NCBI GenBank assembly: GCA_964590205.1
Contig: CAZPVO010000003.1
Coordinates: 67,643 to 131,642 of the forward strand
Length of the DNA stretch: 64,000 nucleotides
Source of the DNA: an uncultured Candidatus Saccharibacteria bacterium
GTDB taxonomy: Bacteria > Patescibacteriota > Saccharimonadia > Saccharimonadales > JAGQNJ01
Direction of reading: 5' to 3'
A model generated the notes under the pieces. The model made no database searches. It saw nothing but the letters and a program-made list of their open reading frames with translations, and was not told the DNA's origin. Both the position numbers and the translations under genes were made by a program. Each line of letters begins with the position of its first letter. Position 1 is the first letter of the stretch. Of the stretch, positions 47,399 through 56,159 are shown piece after piece.

Positions 47399-50165
47399 AG
47401 CAGCCAGTTGTAGAGCCACATGAGGTACAGACATAGCAGCTGCCTGCTTTTTGGGTCTGATTACCACAGTTGTAGCACATCGGTGCGGCATCATCCTGAC
47501 GGCTTGTTTCTTTCTTAGCCGGCTTGCTTGTTTGTACTCTTGGAACTTCTACGAGCTTTGGCTGTTCTTCTTTCTCAACCTTAACCTCAGGAACTTCAAC
47601 TTTTTCTTCGAGTAAACTGGTTTGCACATCTGGCATGTCATCGATAGAGGCCAGGCCAAGCTCCAACTGATCATCGAACGACAGATAGGTTTTACCTAAT
47701 CGACGGAAGACATAGTCAACGAGTGAACTGGCAGTACGAATCTCTTTGTCATCTGTTACACCAGCTGGCGCAAAGGCCATGTTTGTTAAGCCATACACGT
47801 AACTCTTTAGAGGTACACCGTACTGCAAACCGTAGCTCACAGAGATAGCCAGCGAATCCATGATGCCAGCCAAGGTTGAACCCTGCTTGGCAATTTGCAT
47901 GAAGACTTCACCAGGGGTACCATCTTCGTACTCACCCACTGTTACGAAACCTTTGCTACCACCAACAGTGAAGGCAAATGTTTTGGCGTTACGTACTTTT
48001 GGTAGTGGACGGCGCATAGCACCCTTAACGATGATCTTGTCGTTAATAGATTCAGCACTAGCTGGCTCTTCTTTTTTGTCGCCTTCTTTCTTAGCCATTG
48101 ACAGTGGTTGCGCAACTTTACAGTTGTCCCGGTAAATTGCCACGGCTTTCAGACCAAGTTTCCAGGCTTCGATGTGTAATTGTTCAACATCTTCAACAGT
48201 AACTTCTTCCGGCATATTCACTGTTTTACTGATCGCACCAGAGATAAATGGCTGCACAGCACCCATCATCTTAACGTGACCCATATAGTGAATAGGGTTA
48301 TCGCCCATTGAGCAAGAAAATACCGCCTTGTGCTCTTCTTTAAGATGTGGCGCACCGGTGATAGTTTTCTCTACATCGATATAGTTGATGATGTCGTCAA
48401 TTTGGTCCTTACTGTAACCAAGTGTCTTCAGAGCCCGTGGCACCGTTTGGTTAACAATATGCATTGTTCCACCACCGACAAGTTTCTTCACCTTAACAAG
48501 ACCAAGATCTGGCTCAATACCAGTGGTATCACAATCCATCATCAGACCAATGGTTCCAGTTGGAGCCAGTACACTGGCCTGCGAGTTGCGAACACCGTGC
48601 ATTTCACCCAGTTCAACTGCATCATCCCAAGAGGCAGCTGCAGCACTCAAAAGTTCCTCTGATACTAAACTAGCATCAATCTTTGAGACTTCCCCTCTAT
48701 GCATTTTCAGTACGTTTAGCATTCCTTCGCGGTCCTTATGAAAACCAGCAAATGGTCCAACCCGCTCAGCAATACGCGCACTGGTAGCGTAGGCGTGACC
48801 TGTCATTAACGCTGTAACAGCGGCAGCAAGTGCACGACCTTCGTCTGAATCATACGGTAAGCCAAGAGCCATCAATAACGCGCCAAGGTTAGCGTAGCCA
48901 AGACCAAGCTCTCGATAAGCTCGAGCATTCTTAGCAATTCCCTCTGTCGGATATTCAGAATAGCCAACTAGAATTTCCTGCGCTGTAAACATAATCTTCA
49001 CTGTATGCTTGAAAGCTTCAATGTCGAATGTCTGATCATCTCGAAGGTACTTCAACAGGTTAATTGAAGCTAGGTTACAGGCTGAATTGTCCAAGTGCAT
49101 ATACTCGCTACAGGGGTTGCTGGCGTTAATGCGGCCAGCATTTGGCGCAGTATGCCACTTGTTGATGATAGTGTCGAATTGCATACCAGGATCAGCACAC
49201 TCCCAGGCAGCTTCAGCAATCTGGCGAAAGATGTTTCGAGCCTTAACTGTTTTAACTGGTTTGTTAGTCTTGACCGCCGTTAAGTCCCAGTCTTCATCGT
49301 TGATAACTGCATTCATAAAGTCATCGGTAACACGAACTGAGTTATTGGCGTTTTGATACTGAACAGAGAAGGAATCCTTACCATCGAGGTTCATGTCAAA
49401 GCCAGCTTCCTGAAGCACGCGCGCTTTGCGCTCTTCAATCGCCTTACACCAGATAAACTCTTCAACATCAGGGTGGGCAACATTCAAAATAACCATCTTG
49501 GCTGCTCGGCGAGTTTTACCACCGCTCTTGATAGCACCAGCAGAGCTGTCGGCGCCACGCATGAAGCTCAGTGGGCCAGATGCAGTGCCAGCGCTCTTAC
49601 CGAGTGTTTCATGAGACGAACGAAGCACACTTAGGTTGATTCCCGAACCAGAGCCACCCTTAAAGATCATTCCTTCTTCGCGGTACCAGTTAAGAATTGC
49701 TGGCATGGTATCCTCGATGCCAAGAATGAAACAAGCACTTGCCTGTTGAGAGCGAGCTGGTGCACCAATGTTAAACCACACTGGTGAGTTAAATGCAGCT
49801 CGTTGGGTTGCGAGGATGTATTTTAGTTCTTCTCTAAATGATTCTGCTTCGGTATCAGATTCAAAGTAACCTTCTTTTTGACCATGGCGAGTGATGGTAT
49901 CAGCTACTCGATCGATAAGTTTTTGGAGCGAATCCTCTCGCTCGTCGGTACCAGGTGTACCGGTGAAATATTTTTGGGCAACGATGTTAATTGCATTCAA
50001 CGACCAAAAATCCGGGAATTCAATATCATTTTGTTCGAAAACCGGCTTATTAGTCATTGGATTCATGATAAGTGAATCTCTTGAAACCCACGTCAGTTGA
50101 TCGTAGGCTTTGGTTTTGGGTTGGGTGAATAACCTCCCAACCGTTAATTTGGCTGTATGTCCCAT
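47394..50165 (-). CDS. nrdJ: Class II (B12-dependent) ribonucleotide reductase with TSCPD and Zn-ribbon tail
   Basis: FNSPVWFN, SACFI, GGKTRRAAKM, NPCSE, APTGTI, GAISKTVN, YRDNCK; C-terminal CxxC...CxxC. Confidence 0.95.
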   Translation of the reverse strand: MGHTAKLTVGRLFTQPKTKAYDQLTWVSRDSLIMNPMTNKPVFEQNDIEFPDFWSLNAINIVAQKYFTGTPGTDEREDSLQKLIDRVADTITRHGQKEGYFESDTEAESFREELKYILATQRAAFNSPVWFNIGAPARSQQASACFILGIEDTMPAILNWYREEGMIFKGGSGSGINLSVLRSSHETLGKSAGTASGPLSFMRGADSSAGAIKSGGKTRRAAKMVILNVAHPDVEEFIWCKAIEERKARVLQEAGFDMNLDGKDSFSVQYQNANNSVRVTDDFMNAVINDEDWDLTAVKTNKPVKTVKARNIFRQIAEAAWECADPGMQFDTIINKWHTAPNAGRINASNPCSEYMHLDNSACNLASINLLKYLRDDQTFDIEAFKHTVKIMFTAQEILVGYSEYPTEGIAKNARAYRELGLGYANLGALLMALGLPYDSDEGRALAAAVTALMTGHAYATSARIAERVGPFAGFHKDREGMLNVLKMHRGEVSKIDASLVSEELLSAAAASWDDAVELGEMHGVRNSQASVLAPTGTIGLMMDCDTTGIEPDLGLVKVKKLVGGGTMHIVNQTVPRALKTLGYSKDQIDDIINYIDVEKTITGAPHLKEEHKAVFSCSMGDNPIHYMGHVKMMGAVQPFISGAISKTVNMPEEVTVEDVEQLHIEAWKLGLKAVAIYRDNCKVAQPLSMAKKEGDKKEEPASAESINDKIIVKGAMRRPLPKVRNAKTFAFTVGGSKGFVTVGEYEDGTPGEVFMQIAKQGSTLAGIMDSLAISVSYGLQYGVPLKSYVYGLTNMAFAPAGVTDDKEIRTASSLVDYVFRRLGKTYLSFDDQLELGLASIDDMPDVQTSLLEEKVEVPEVKVEKEEQPKLVEVPRVQTSKPAKKETSRQDDAAPMCYNCGNQTQKAGSCYVCTSCGSTTGCS

Positions 50166-50293
50166 AGTTACCCTCGCTTAAATTGGTTTTATTTTTTGTT
50201 TAGAGTTCGCGGTCGTCTCTCTTTACCGCTGAGCTCCCCAGGAACCTCAAGTAGGGTTTAAACCCCCTGGGTAGCGGCCAAATCTTTATAGTT

Positions 50294-50773
50294 TTATGAT
50301 TTGGCCTTTGTTTCTGTTGTTTTCATATGGCGAATTTGCGACAGTTCGCGTTCAAAGCTTGCGATGTCTTTGAAACGTCGATACACGCTAGCAAATCGTA
50401 CATATGCCACTTCATTTAGGGGTGCTAGCCCTTCCATTACCAGCTCGCCGATCTTTGCGGATGAAACTTCTGAGTCTCCGCAGGCGTAAAGCTGTTGCTC
50501 TATATCAGCTACTAAACGTTCTAATTGCAACCCCGTTAATGTCGTTTTCTCACAAGCATGGTACAGTCCGCCTAAAAGCTTTTCCCGGCTATATAACTCT
50601 CTTGTGCCATTATGCTTAATGACAATCAGCTGAGGCCGTTCTAAACGCTCATAGGTAGTAAAACGATATTTACAGGCAGTGCAGGCACGTCGGCGCCGTA
50701 TAGCTTCGCCGTCGTTTACATCACGTGACTCGATTACTTTCGTATCGTCATGATGGCATTGGCTACACTTCAT
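50294..50773 (-). CDS. nrdR: Transcriptional repressor NrdR
   Basis: MKCSQC...KVIESR...IRRRRAC..C..RFTTYE, ATP cone, VAYVRFASVY; start at ATG 50773 after AGGAGG. Confidence 0.96.
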   Translation of the reverse strand: MKCSQCHHDDTKVIESRDVNDGEAIRRRRACTACKYRFTTYERLERPQLIVIKHNGTRELYSREKLLGGLYHACEKTTLTGLQLERLVADIEQQLYACGDSEVSSAKIGELVMEGLAPLNEVAYVRFASVYRRFKDIASFERELSQIRHMKTTETKAKS

Positions 50774-50886
50774 TCTTAGCACACCTCCTTACTTAATGTT
50801 CTCCGTTTCCTACCTACATTTAATTGAGCAAGAAGCGAATGATACATTTTTGTACTCAATCTAAATGTGCGATCACTATATTTTAT

Positions 50887-50941
50887 CCCTACATATAGCG
50901 CCTATGCATATGATCATAGCCCTACTCATAGCGCTTTGCAA
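50887..50941 (-). promoter_or_regulatory. nrdRJ promoter with two NrdR-box-like sites
   Basis: TTGCAA-17-TATGAT on minus strand; CCCTACATATAGCGC (50887-50901) and CCCTACTCATAGCGC (50920-50934), 33 bp apart, resemble the CwAtATaTwG core. Confidence 0.7.
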
Positions 50942-50971
50942 GTAAAATTATGGTGTATTATTTAATACGTT

Positions 50972-52339
50972 TTAGTCTGCTTTTTCGTCTTTTTCTTGAG
51001 GTGATTCGTCTGATTCTGAGGACTCTTCATCCTTCTTATCTTTGCGACGACTCTTAAATCGACGTAAAAATGAAGGTTTTTCTAATTCATCTTCGTCGTG
51101 ATTACTAACAACTGTCTGACTGCTGTCTTGATCTTTAGGGTCACTATCAGAGGTGACTTCATCATTATTATCAAGCGTCCAGATATTAGGCATAGGGCTA
51201 TCGCTATGAAAGTCAGTAGCACCAGCAATATGGTCAGCACCATCATCAAGTTGCATATCAAGATCTTTAATATCTTTCGTATCAATCCCGGCTAAAGGAG
51301 ATTCTTCTTTAGTAGATTCTTTATCATCTTTCTTATCATCGTCATCGTCTGGTGCCTGAGTTGCAGTGGTTTGCTTCGTAAAGTAAGCCGCATCAAAACC
51401 AGTTGCAACAACTGTAATGATAATCTCGCCTTCTAGGTCTGTGTTAATAGATGCACCAAATATGATGTTAGCATCCGGGTCTGCAGCGTTTGTAATCGTT
51501 TCAGCAGCAGAATTTATCTCATGCATGGTCATATCATTGCCGCCGATGACATTAAATAGAATGCCTCGTGCGCCATCGATTGAGACTTCCAAAAGTGGTG
51601 ACTCAATAGCTTGTTGAGCAGCTTTAACAGCTCGATCTTCCCCACTTGCTCGGCCAATGCCCATAAGTGCAGAGCCAGCGTTGCTCATGACTGATTTAAC
51701 ATCAGCAAAGTCAAGATTAATAAGGCCATGAACGGTGATAAGGTCAGCAATGCCTTGGACTCCTTGGCGCAAAACATCATCAGCAACTTTAAATGCCTCT
51801 AAAAGTGGTGTCTGTCGATCAATTGTTTGCAGCAGGCGGTCGTTTGGAATAGTAATAAGTGTATCGACTGACTCTCGCAAATTAGCAATTGCTGTTTCAG
51901 CATTTTTACGACGCTTTTCACCTTCAAACGCAAATGGCTTGGTCGCAAAGCCAACCACAAGAGCATTCATATCCTTAGCTAACTTCGCAACAATATGACC
52001 AGCACCACTTCCAGTTCCACCTCCAGCACCAATCGTCACAAAGACCATATCGGAACCTTCTAATGACTTCTTAATATCATCCATGGACTCCTCAGCCGCT
52101 TTTTGACCCATAGTTGGGTCAGACCCAGAGCCAAGTCCCCTCGTGGCTTCTTTACCAATATGTATCTTTTGATCGGCTTTCGAGTGATGTAAGGCTTGAG
52201 CATCCGTATTAATGGCTATAAATTCAACATCACGAACACCGGCTTCAACCATCCGATTGATAGCTGCACCGCCGGCTCCCCCCACACCAACAACCTTAAT
52301 GGATGCAAATGTTTCAATAGCTGGAGCAACTTGTGGCAT
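50972..52339 (-). CDS. ftsZ: Cell division protein FtsZ
   Basis: VGVGGAG, NTDAQAL, GGGTGSG, INLDFADV, C-terminal PSFLRR; start placed at ATG 52339 after GGAGAGG. Confidence 0.97.
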   Translation of the reverse strand: MPQVAPAIETFASIKVVGVGGAGGAAINRMVEAGVRDVEFIAINTDAQALHHSKADQKIHIGKEATRGLGSGSDPTMGQKAAEESMDDIKKSLEGSDMVFVTIGAGGGTGSGAGHIVAKLAKDMNALVVGFATKPFAFEGEKRRKNAETAIANLRESVDTLITIPNDRLLQTIDRQTPLLEAFKVADDVLRQGVQGIADLITVHGLINLDFADVKSVMSNAGSALMGIGRASGEDRAVKAAQQAIESPLLEVSIDGARGILFNVIGGNDMTMHEINSAAETITNAADPDANIIFGASINTDLEGEIIITVVATGFDAAYFTKQTTATQAPDDDDDKKDDKESTKEESPLAGIDTKDIKDLDMQLDDGADHIAGATDFHSDSPMPNIWTLDNNDEVTSDSDPKDQDSSQTVVSNHDEDELEKPSFLRRFKSRRKDKKDEESSESDESPQEKDEKAD

Positions 52340-52452
52340 TTTATCTTTATCCTCTCCCTTTACACTGTACATGAACAAGTATACATGGGGCCGTGAACAA
52401 CATCAATGTATGCTTTTTAATTCTGCAAAATGAGAGAGTTCACAAATTGTGC

Positions 52453-53694
52453 TCAATGAGATTTTCGACGGAATTTTTTCCAGATTCCATCCACTGCATT
52501 AAAGAATTTATCACCGCTTCCGCCCATATCTCCGGCAGATTGAGGTGGGAGTAACAGCATATCAAGGAGCATTAGCCCTGTTGCCGTAGCATATGTCGGA
52601 TCGTTCACAGTATCAATCAGACCACCCACTGGCTGCAGCTTACCAAGTCGAGCTGCTAACTGTAGTTTCTCTCTTGTAAATTCTGTAATTCCCGGTAGCT
52701 TTGCGCCGCCTCCGACAATCACTACACCACCTGGTAATTTGCGCGACTTATGGATACGTTTTAGCTCTTTATCGACGTACTCCAACAGCTCTTCTACACG
52801 TGCCTCTGTTATCATAACAACTTCTTCACCGTCAAAACTAAACTGCTTTTTGCCAATTTTAACAGTCATGAGTTTTTTATTAGTAGTACCAGCTATAGCA
52901 GCGTGTTCAATTTTTACTTTTTCAGCGATATCTAGATCAGTTTTCAATCCAATTGCCAGATCATTTGTAATATGCACGCTACCGATTGGCAACACACCTA
53001 CGTATTGCACTTCACCATCTTCTATAATCGCCATATTTGTTGAGCCGGCACCAATATCAAGCAGTAGTGTCCCCGCCTCTTTTTGTTGACGTGTCAGTAC
53101 AGCCTCAGCAGCTGCGAGTCCAGATACAGTCTTATGAGCTGCATGCAGCTGCAGTTTTTCTAATACTTGTTCAATTGAGCGAACATTAGGTGTGGCGGCC
53201 GTAACAATGTGAGTATCGACTTCCAGACGGACTCCTTGCATGCCCACTGGATCTTTAATATTATCCTGACCATCTACTGAGTAGTTCTTGGCAAACACTT
53301 GGATAATTTCCCGATTTGGTGGCAGTTGCACAATAGTTGCGGCTTCCTCGGCACGCATACGATCATCTGGGCTTATCTCACGGTTTGCACTACTGATTGC
53401 AATCACACCTTTAGAATTGATGCCAGCCACATGTGCACCATTTACATTTACTGTCACCTGCCTGAATTGCATACCAGATACACGCTCTGCTTCGCCAAGA
53501 GCTTGGCCAACCGCTTCCACCACATCATCAAGATGAGCAATAACCCCTTTACGCATACCCTTATTAACTGATTGACCGTGGCCAATCACTGAAGCATGAG
53601 TGGGATCCTCGGGATCAAGACTACCGACTACACATCTTACTCGGCTTGTTCCTATGTCTAAGCCTACAAAATGAGGCATGGACGATTGTTGCAT
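52453..53694 (-). CDS. ftsA: Cell division protein FtsA
   Basis: GLDIGTS, GMRKGVI, P.GM.GVRLE, DIGAGST, VGGGAKLPG; start placed at ATG 53694. Confidence 0.96.
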   Translation of the reverse strand: MQQSSMPHFVGLDIGTSRVRCVVGSLDPEDPTHASVIGHGQSVNKGMRKGVIAHLDDVVEAVGQALGEAERVSGMQFRQVTVNVNGAHVAGINSKGVIAISSANREISPDDRMRAEEAATIVQLPPNREIIQVFAKNYSVDGQDNIKDPVGMQGVRLEVDTHIVTAATPNVRSIEQVLEKLQLHAAHKTVSGLAAAEAVLTRQQKEAGTLLLDIGAGSTNMAIIEDGEVQYVGVLPIGSVHITNDLAIGLKTDLDIAEKVKIEHAAIAGTTNKKLMTVKIGKKQFSFDGEEVVMITEARVEELLEYVDKELKRIHKSRKLPGGVVIVGGGAKLPGITEFTREKLQLAARLGKLQPVGGLIDTVNDPTYATATGLMLLDMLLLPPQSAGDMGGSGDKFFNAVDGIWKKFRRKSH

Positions 53695-53749
53695 GAAAGC
53701 AGTATAACGCTTATTCTTTACCTCTGGCAAGACTGTCTACAAAATTTGC

Positions 53750-54502
53750 TCAAAGCGTTGTAAGAATATCAGCACCGTTTGCTGTAACCACCACTGTATG
53801 TTCAAATTGTGCCGCCCAACTATGATCAGCAGTCACAAGCGTCCAGCCATCAGGCAATTCACGAATGATCGGGCTGCCAAGTGTCGTAATTGGTTCAATG
53901 GCAATCGTCATTCCTGCTTTAAGAACAGTTCCTTGCCCAGCTCGACCATAATTTGGTATTTCAGGCTCCTCATGAAGTTCATGCCCAACACCATGACCAA
54001 CAAGTTCGCGGACAATGCCAAGTTTGTATTTTCTAAGTACTTGTTCAATTGCCGCCGAAACATCTCCTGTATAAACACCGTGGCGAATCTTTTTTATGCC
54101 AGTCTCCAATGCCTTTTGCGTGCCAACAACCAGGCGTTTCGTTTCTTCGGTGTATTTATCGTCCACACAAACTGTTATGCCTGCATCTGTAATAAAACCT
54201 TTATAGCGAACACCGAAATCAAAGTTAACAATATCTCCCGCTTCGAATGGCCGGTCATTAGGAATCGAGTGTTGTACCTGTTCATTAACAGATATACAAA
54301 TAACATCTGGGTAGCCATGAAAACCAAGAAACGCCGGCTCACCACCGAGCCTTTGGAGCTCCTCTCGTGCCATTTTAGACATATCCTTAGGTGTTAAGCC
54401 TGCGCGGCATTTCTCTTTCATAAGCTGCAACACAGTTGCCAGCATGCGACCACCGTCGCGCATGGCCTCAATTTCAGAAGGCGACTTACTCGTTGTTAGC
54501 AT
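53750..54502 (-). CDS. map: Methionine aminopeptidase type I
   Basis: CISVNE..HSIP, D.G, GHGVG..LHEEP, IEP, AQFEHT. Confidence 0.96.
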   Translation of the reverse strand: MLTTSKSPSEIEAMRDGGRMLATVLQLMKEKCRAGLTPKDMSKMAREELQRLGGEPAFLGFHGYPDVICISVNEQVQHSIPNDRPFEAGDIVNFDFGVRYKGFITDAGITVCVDDKYTEETKRLVVGTQKALETGIKKIRHGVYTGDVSAAIEQVLRKYKLGIVRELVGHGVGHELHEEPEIPNYGRAGQGTVLKAGMTIAIEPITTLGSPIIRELPDGWTLVTADHSWAAQFEHTVVVTANGADILTTL

Positions 54503-54511
54503 ACCAATCTA

Positions 54512-55051
54512 CTATAGACCTTTTTTGACGGCCTTTATTATCACTTTATGGACTTTATCAGGTGGTTGCTGGCCATCAATCTGGTAAACAGGGATACCCG
54601 CTTTTTTAAAATCATCGAGGATTGGAACAGTAGTTTGCTGGTACTCTAAAAACCGCTCTTGAATTGCCTTTGCCGTGTCATCAGGCCGGCCTCGCTTTAG
54701 AAGTCGCTTCAGCACTTCCTTTTCCGTTGCTTTAATGTGGATTACGGCTGTAACTTTTAGCTGCCCGTGTTTTACTTGTCCAAGTAACCAATCAGCTTGA
54801 GCTGGTGTTCGTGGAAAACCATCGAGTACAAACTCCTGGTTTGAATCGATAACACTAAAGATTTTTTGGACGAGTGAAATTATTTCCTTGTCGTTAAGGA
54901 GCTTTCCGGCGATCATTTCTTTACGGCGTTCACCCACAATGAGCATTCTCAAGAAATCACCTGTCGACAACCATGGTAACCCCAGCTCGTCAGCTAATCG
55001 GCGTCCTTGCACACTTTTTCCGGCGCCAGCCACTCCCATAAATATGATCAT
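54512..55051 (-). CDS. adk: Adenylate kinase family (short, no LID)
   Basis: GVAGAGKS, STGD.LR, LDGFPRT, RGRPDD. Confidence 0.9.
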   Translation of the reverse strand: MIIFMGVAGAGKSVQGRRLADELGLPWLSTGDFLRMLIVGERRKEMIAGKLLNDKEIISLVQKIFSVIDSNQEFVLDGFPRTPAQADWLLGQVKHGQLKVTAVIHIKATEKEVLKRLLKRGRPDDTAKAIQERFLEYQQTTVPILDDFKKAGIPVYQIDGQQPPDKVHKVIIKAVKKGL

Positions 55052-55503
55052 GATAACCTCTGTTTTATGGCTGCTGCAATTCGTCCACCATCCGCTTGCC
55101 CATCAGCACGCCTTTTCACTTCACCAATAATAACACCCATTGTCTGCTGTGTTAACGGACCGTTTGATGCAATTGCCTTTTCTATGAGAGCATTTAACTC
55201 TTCGTCACTCATTTCTTCTGGCAAATATGTCTGAATAATACTTTTCTCTTTTAACTCCAGGTCGCGACGCTCGTTGTTGCCGCCTTTTTCATATAAATCC
55301 GCGCTATCTTGGCGTTTTTTGGCTTCCTTTTGAAATACAGATACAACTTCAGAATCTGCCAAGCCTTCTTCACGTTTATTCTTAGCAACCTCCTCATACA
55401 GGATGGCACTTTTTAAACCACGCAGAAGAGTGACAAGATCTTTATCGCCGGCTAGGAGTGCTTTTTTTAGATCTTCTTCTAAGCGTTGTTTAATTGTAGC
55501 CAT
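55048..55503 (-). CDS. yqeY: GatB/YqeY domain protein
   Basis: KKRQDS...Y, YLPEEMS, MG..I..VK....G.ADG; follows rpsU. Confidence 0.92.
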   Translation of the reverse strand: MATIKQRLEEDLKKALLAGDKDLVTLLRGLKSAILYEEVAKNKREEGLADSEVVSVFQKEAKKRQDSADLYEKGGNNERRDLELKEKSIIQTYLPEEMSDEELNALIEKAIASNGPLTQQTMGVIIGEVKRRADGQADGGRIAAAIKQRLS

Positions 55504-55506
55504 GTT

Positions 55507-55722
55507 TTAGCGAGATGAGAGTTTTACTTTTTTTATCTTTTGTATTTTACGATTTTTGCGCACAATGGCACGCTCACGACGCTCACGTTTACTGAGCGGT
55601 TTTTCAAAGTACTGGGATTGCTTTGATACAGCCATTACGCCTGACTGTTGTACTTTCCGGGTAAACCGACGAAGCATATTTTCGAGCGGTTCTTTGGAAT
55701 CTTTACGAGTAACTTGAATCAT
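55507..55722 (-). CDS. rpsU: 30S ribosomal protein S21
   Basis: E.LE.MLRRF.RKV..SG, YFEKP.S; TTGCCA-17-TATAAT promoter 8 nt upstream. Confidence 0.9.
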   Translation of the reverse strand: MIQVTRKDSKEPLENMLRRFTRKVQQSGVMAVSKQSQYFEKPLSKRERRERAIVRKNRKIQKIKKVKLSSR

Positions 55723-55777
55723 AGGTTGTGATTATACATTAACAGAGGAGTTATGGCAAGAAATTAACGACTGGTTC

Positions 55778-56065
55778 CTAGTTCGTTTGCCTTTTTTGGG
55801 TCATTCGTTGTGACTTCAACACTATGCTTTGGAGTTCTTTGAATATTGGGAAGTGCTTGTTGGTGTAGTAAATTTTAGTATTTCCCTGACGCTCTGAGAT
55901 TAAAAAACCAACTTTCTCGAGTCGCTTAAGTTCGCGTTGGATATTACCAGCGTCTTCTTTGATAAGTTTAGCGAGTCCTCGGACGTGCGTTTTAAAGTCC
56001 GGGTACTTGGCGTACACGACAATAATTTTTCTCCGAACTCGTGAAGTTATAAATACATCTAACAT
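55778..56065 (-). CDS. Winged-helix (ArsR-like) DNA-binding protein
   Basis: S.VR.KI, VRGLAK.I.ED.GNIQRELKRL.K.G.L.S...GN. Confidence 0.85.
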   Translation of the reverse strand: MLDVFITSRVRRKIIVVYAKYPDFKTHVRGLAKLIKEDAGNIQRELKRLEKVGFLISERQGNTKIYYTNKHFPIFKELQSIVLKSQRMTQKRQTN

Positions 56066-56073
56066 AAGCTTTA

Positions 56074-56088
56074 TTGTTATTAGAACAA
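56074..56088. promoter_or_regulatory. Palindromic operator candidate upstream of wHTH gene
   Basis: TTGTT-ATTAG-AACAA between the TATACT -10 (56101-56106) and ATG 56065. Confidence 0.5.
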
Positions 56089-56159
56089 CGTACTACAGGT
56101 AGTATACCGTTCTCCAGATTTTTTTCAACAACTTTGAAATGAAACCTTATAATACAGGT

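Noticed and set aside
47394-50165. Intein or intron in nrdJ
   Set aside because: Length and motif spacing fit an uninterrupted class II RNR; no C...HN splice motifs or LAGLIDADG segment seen.
52370-52445. Repeated TTGTTCA/GTGAAC words around the ftsZ promoter as sites for the wHTH regulator
   Set aside because: Only 6-7-bp half-site matches in AT-rich DNA, without the palindromic spacing; too weak without statistics.
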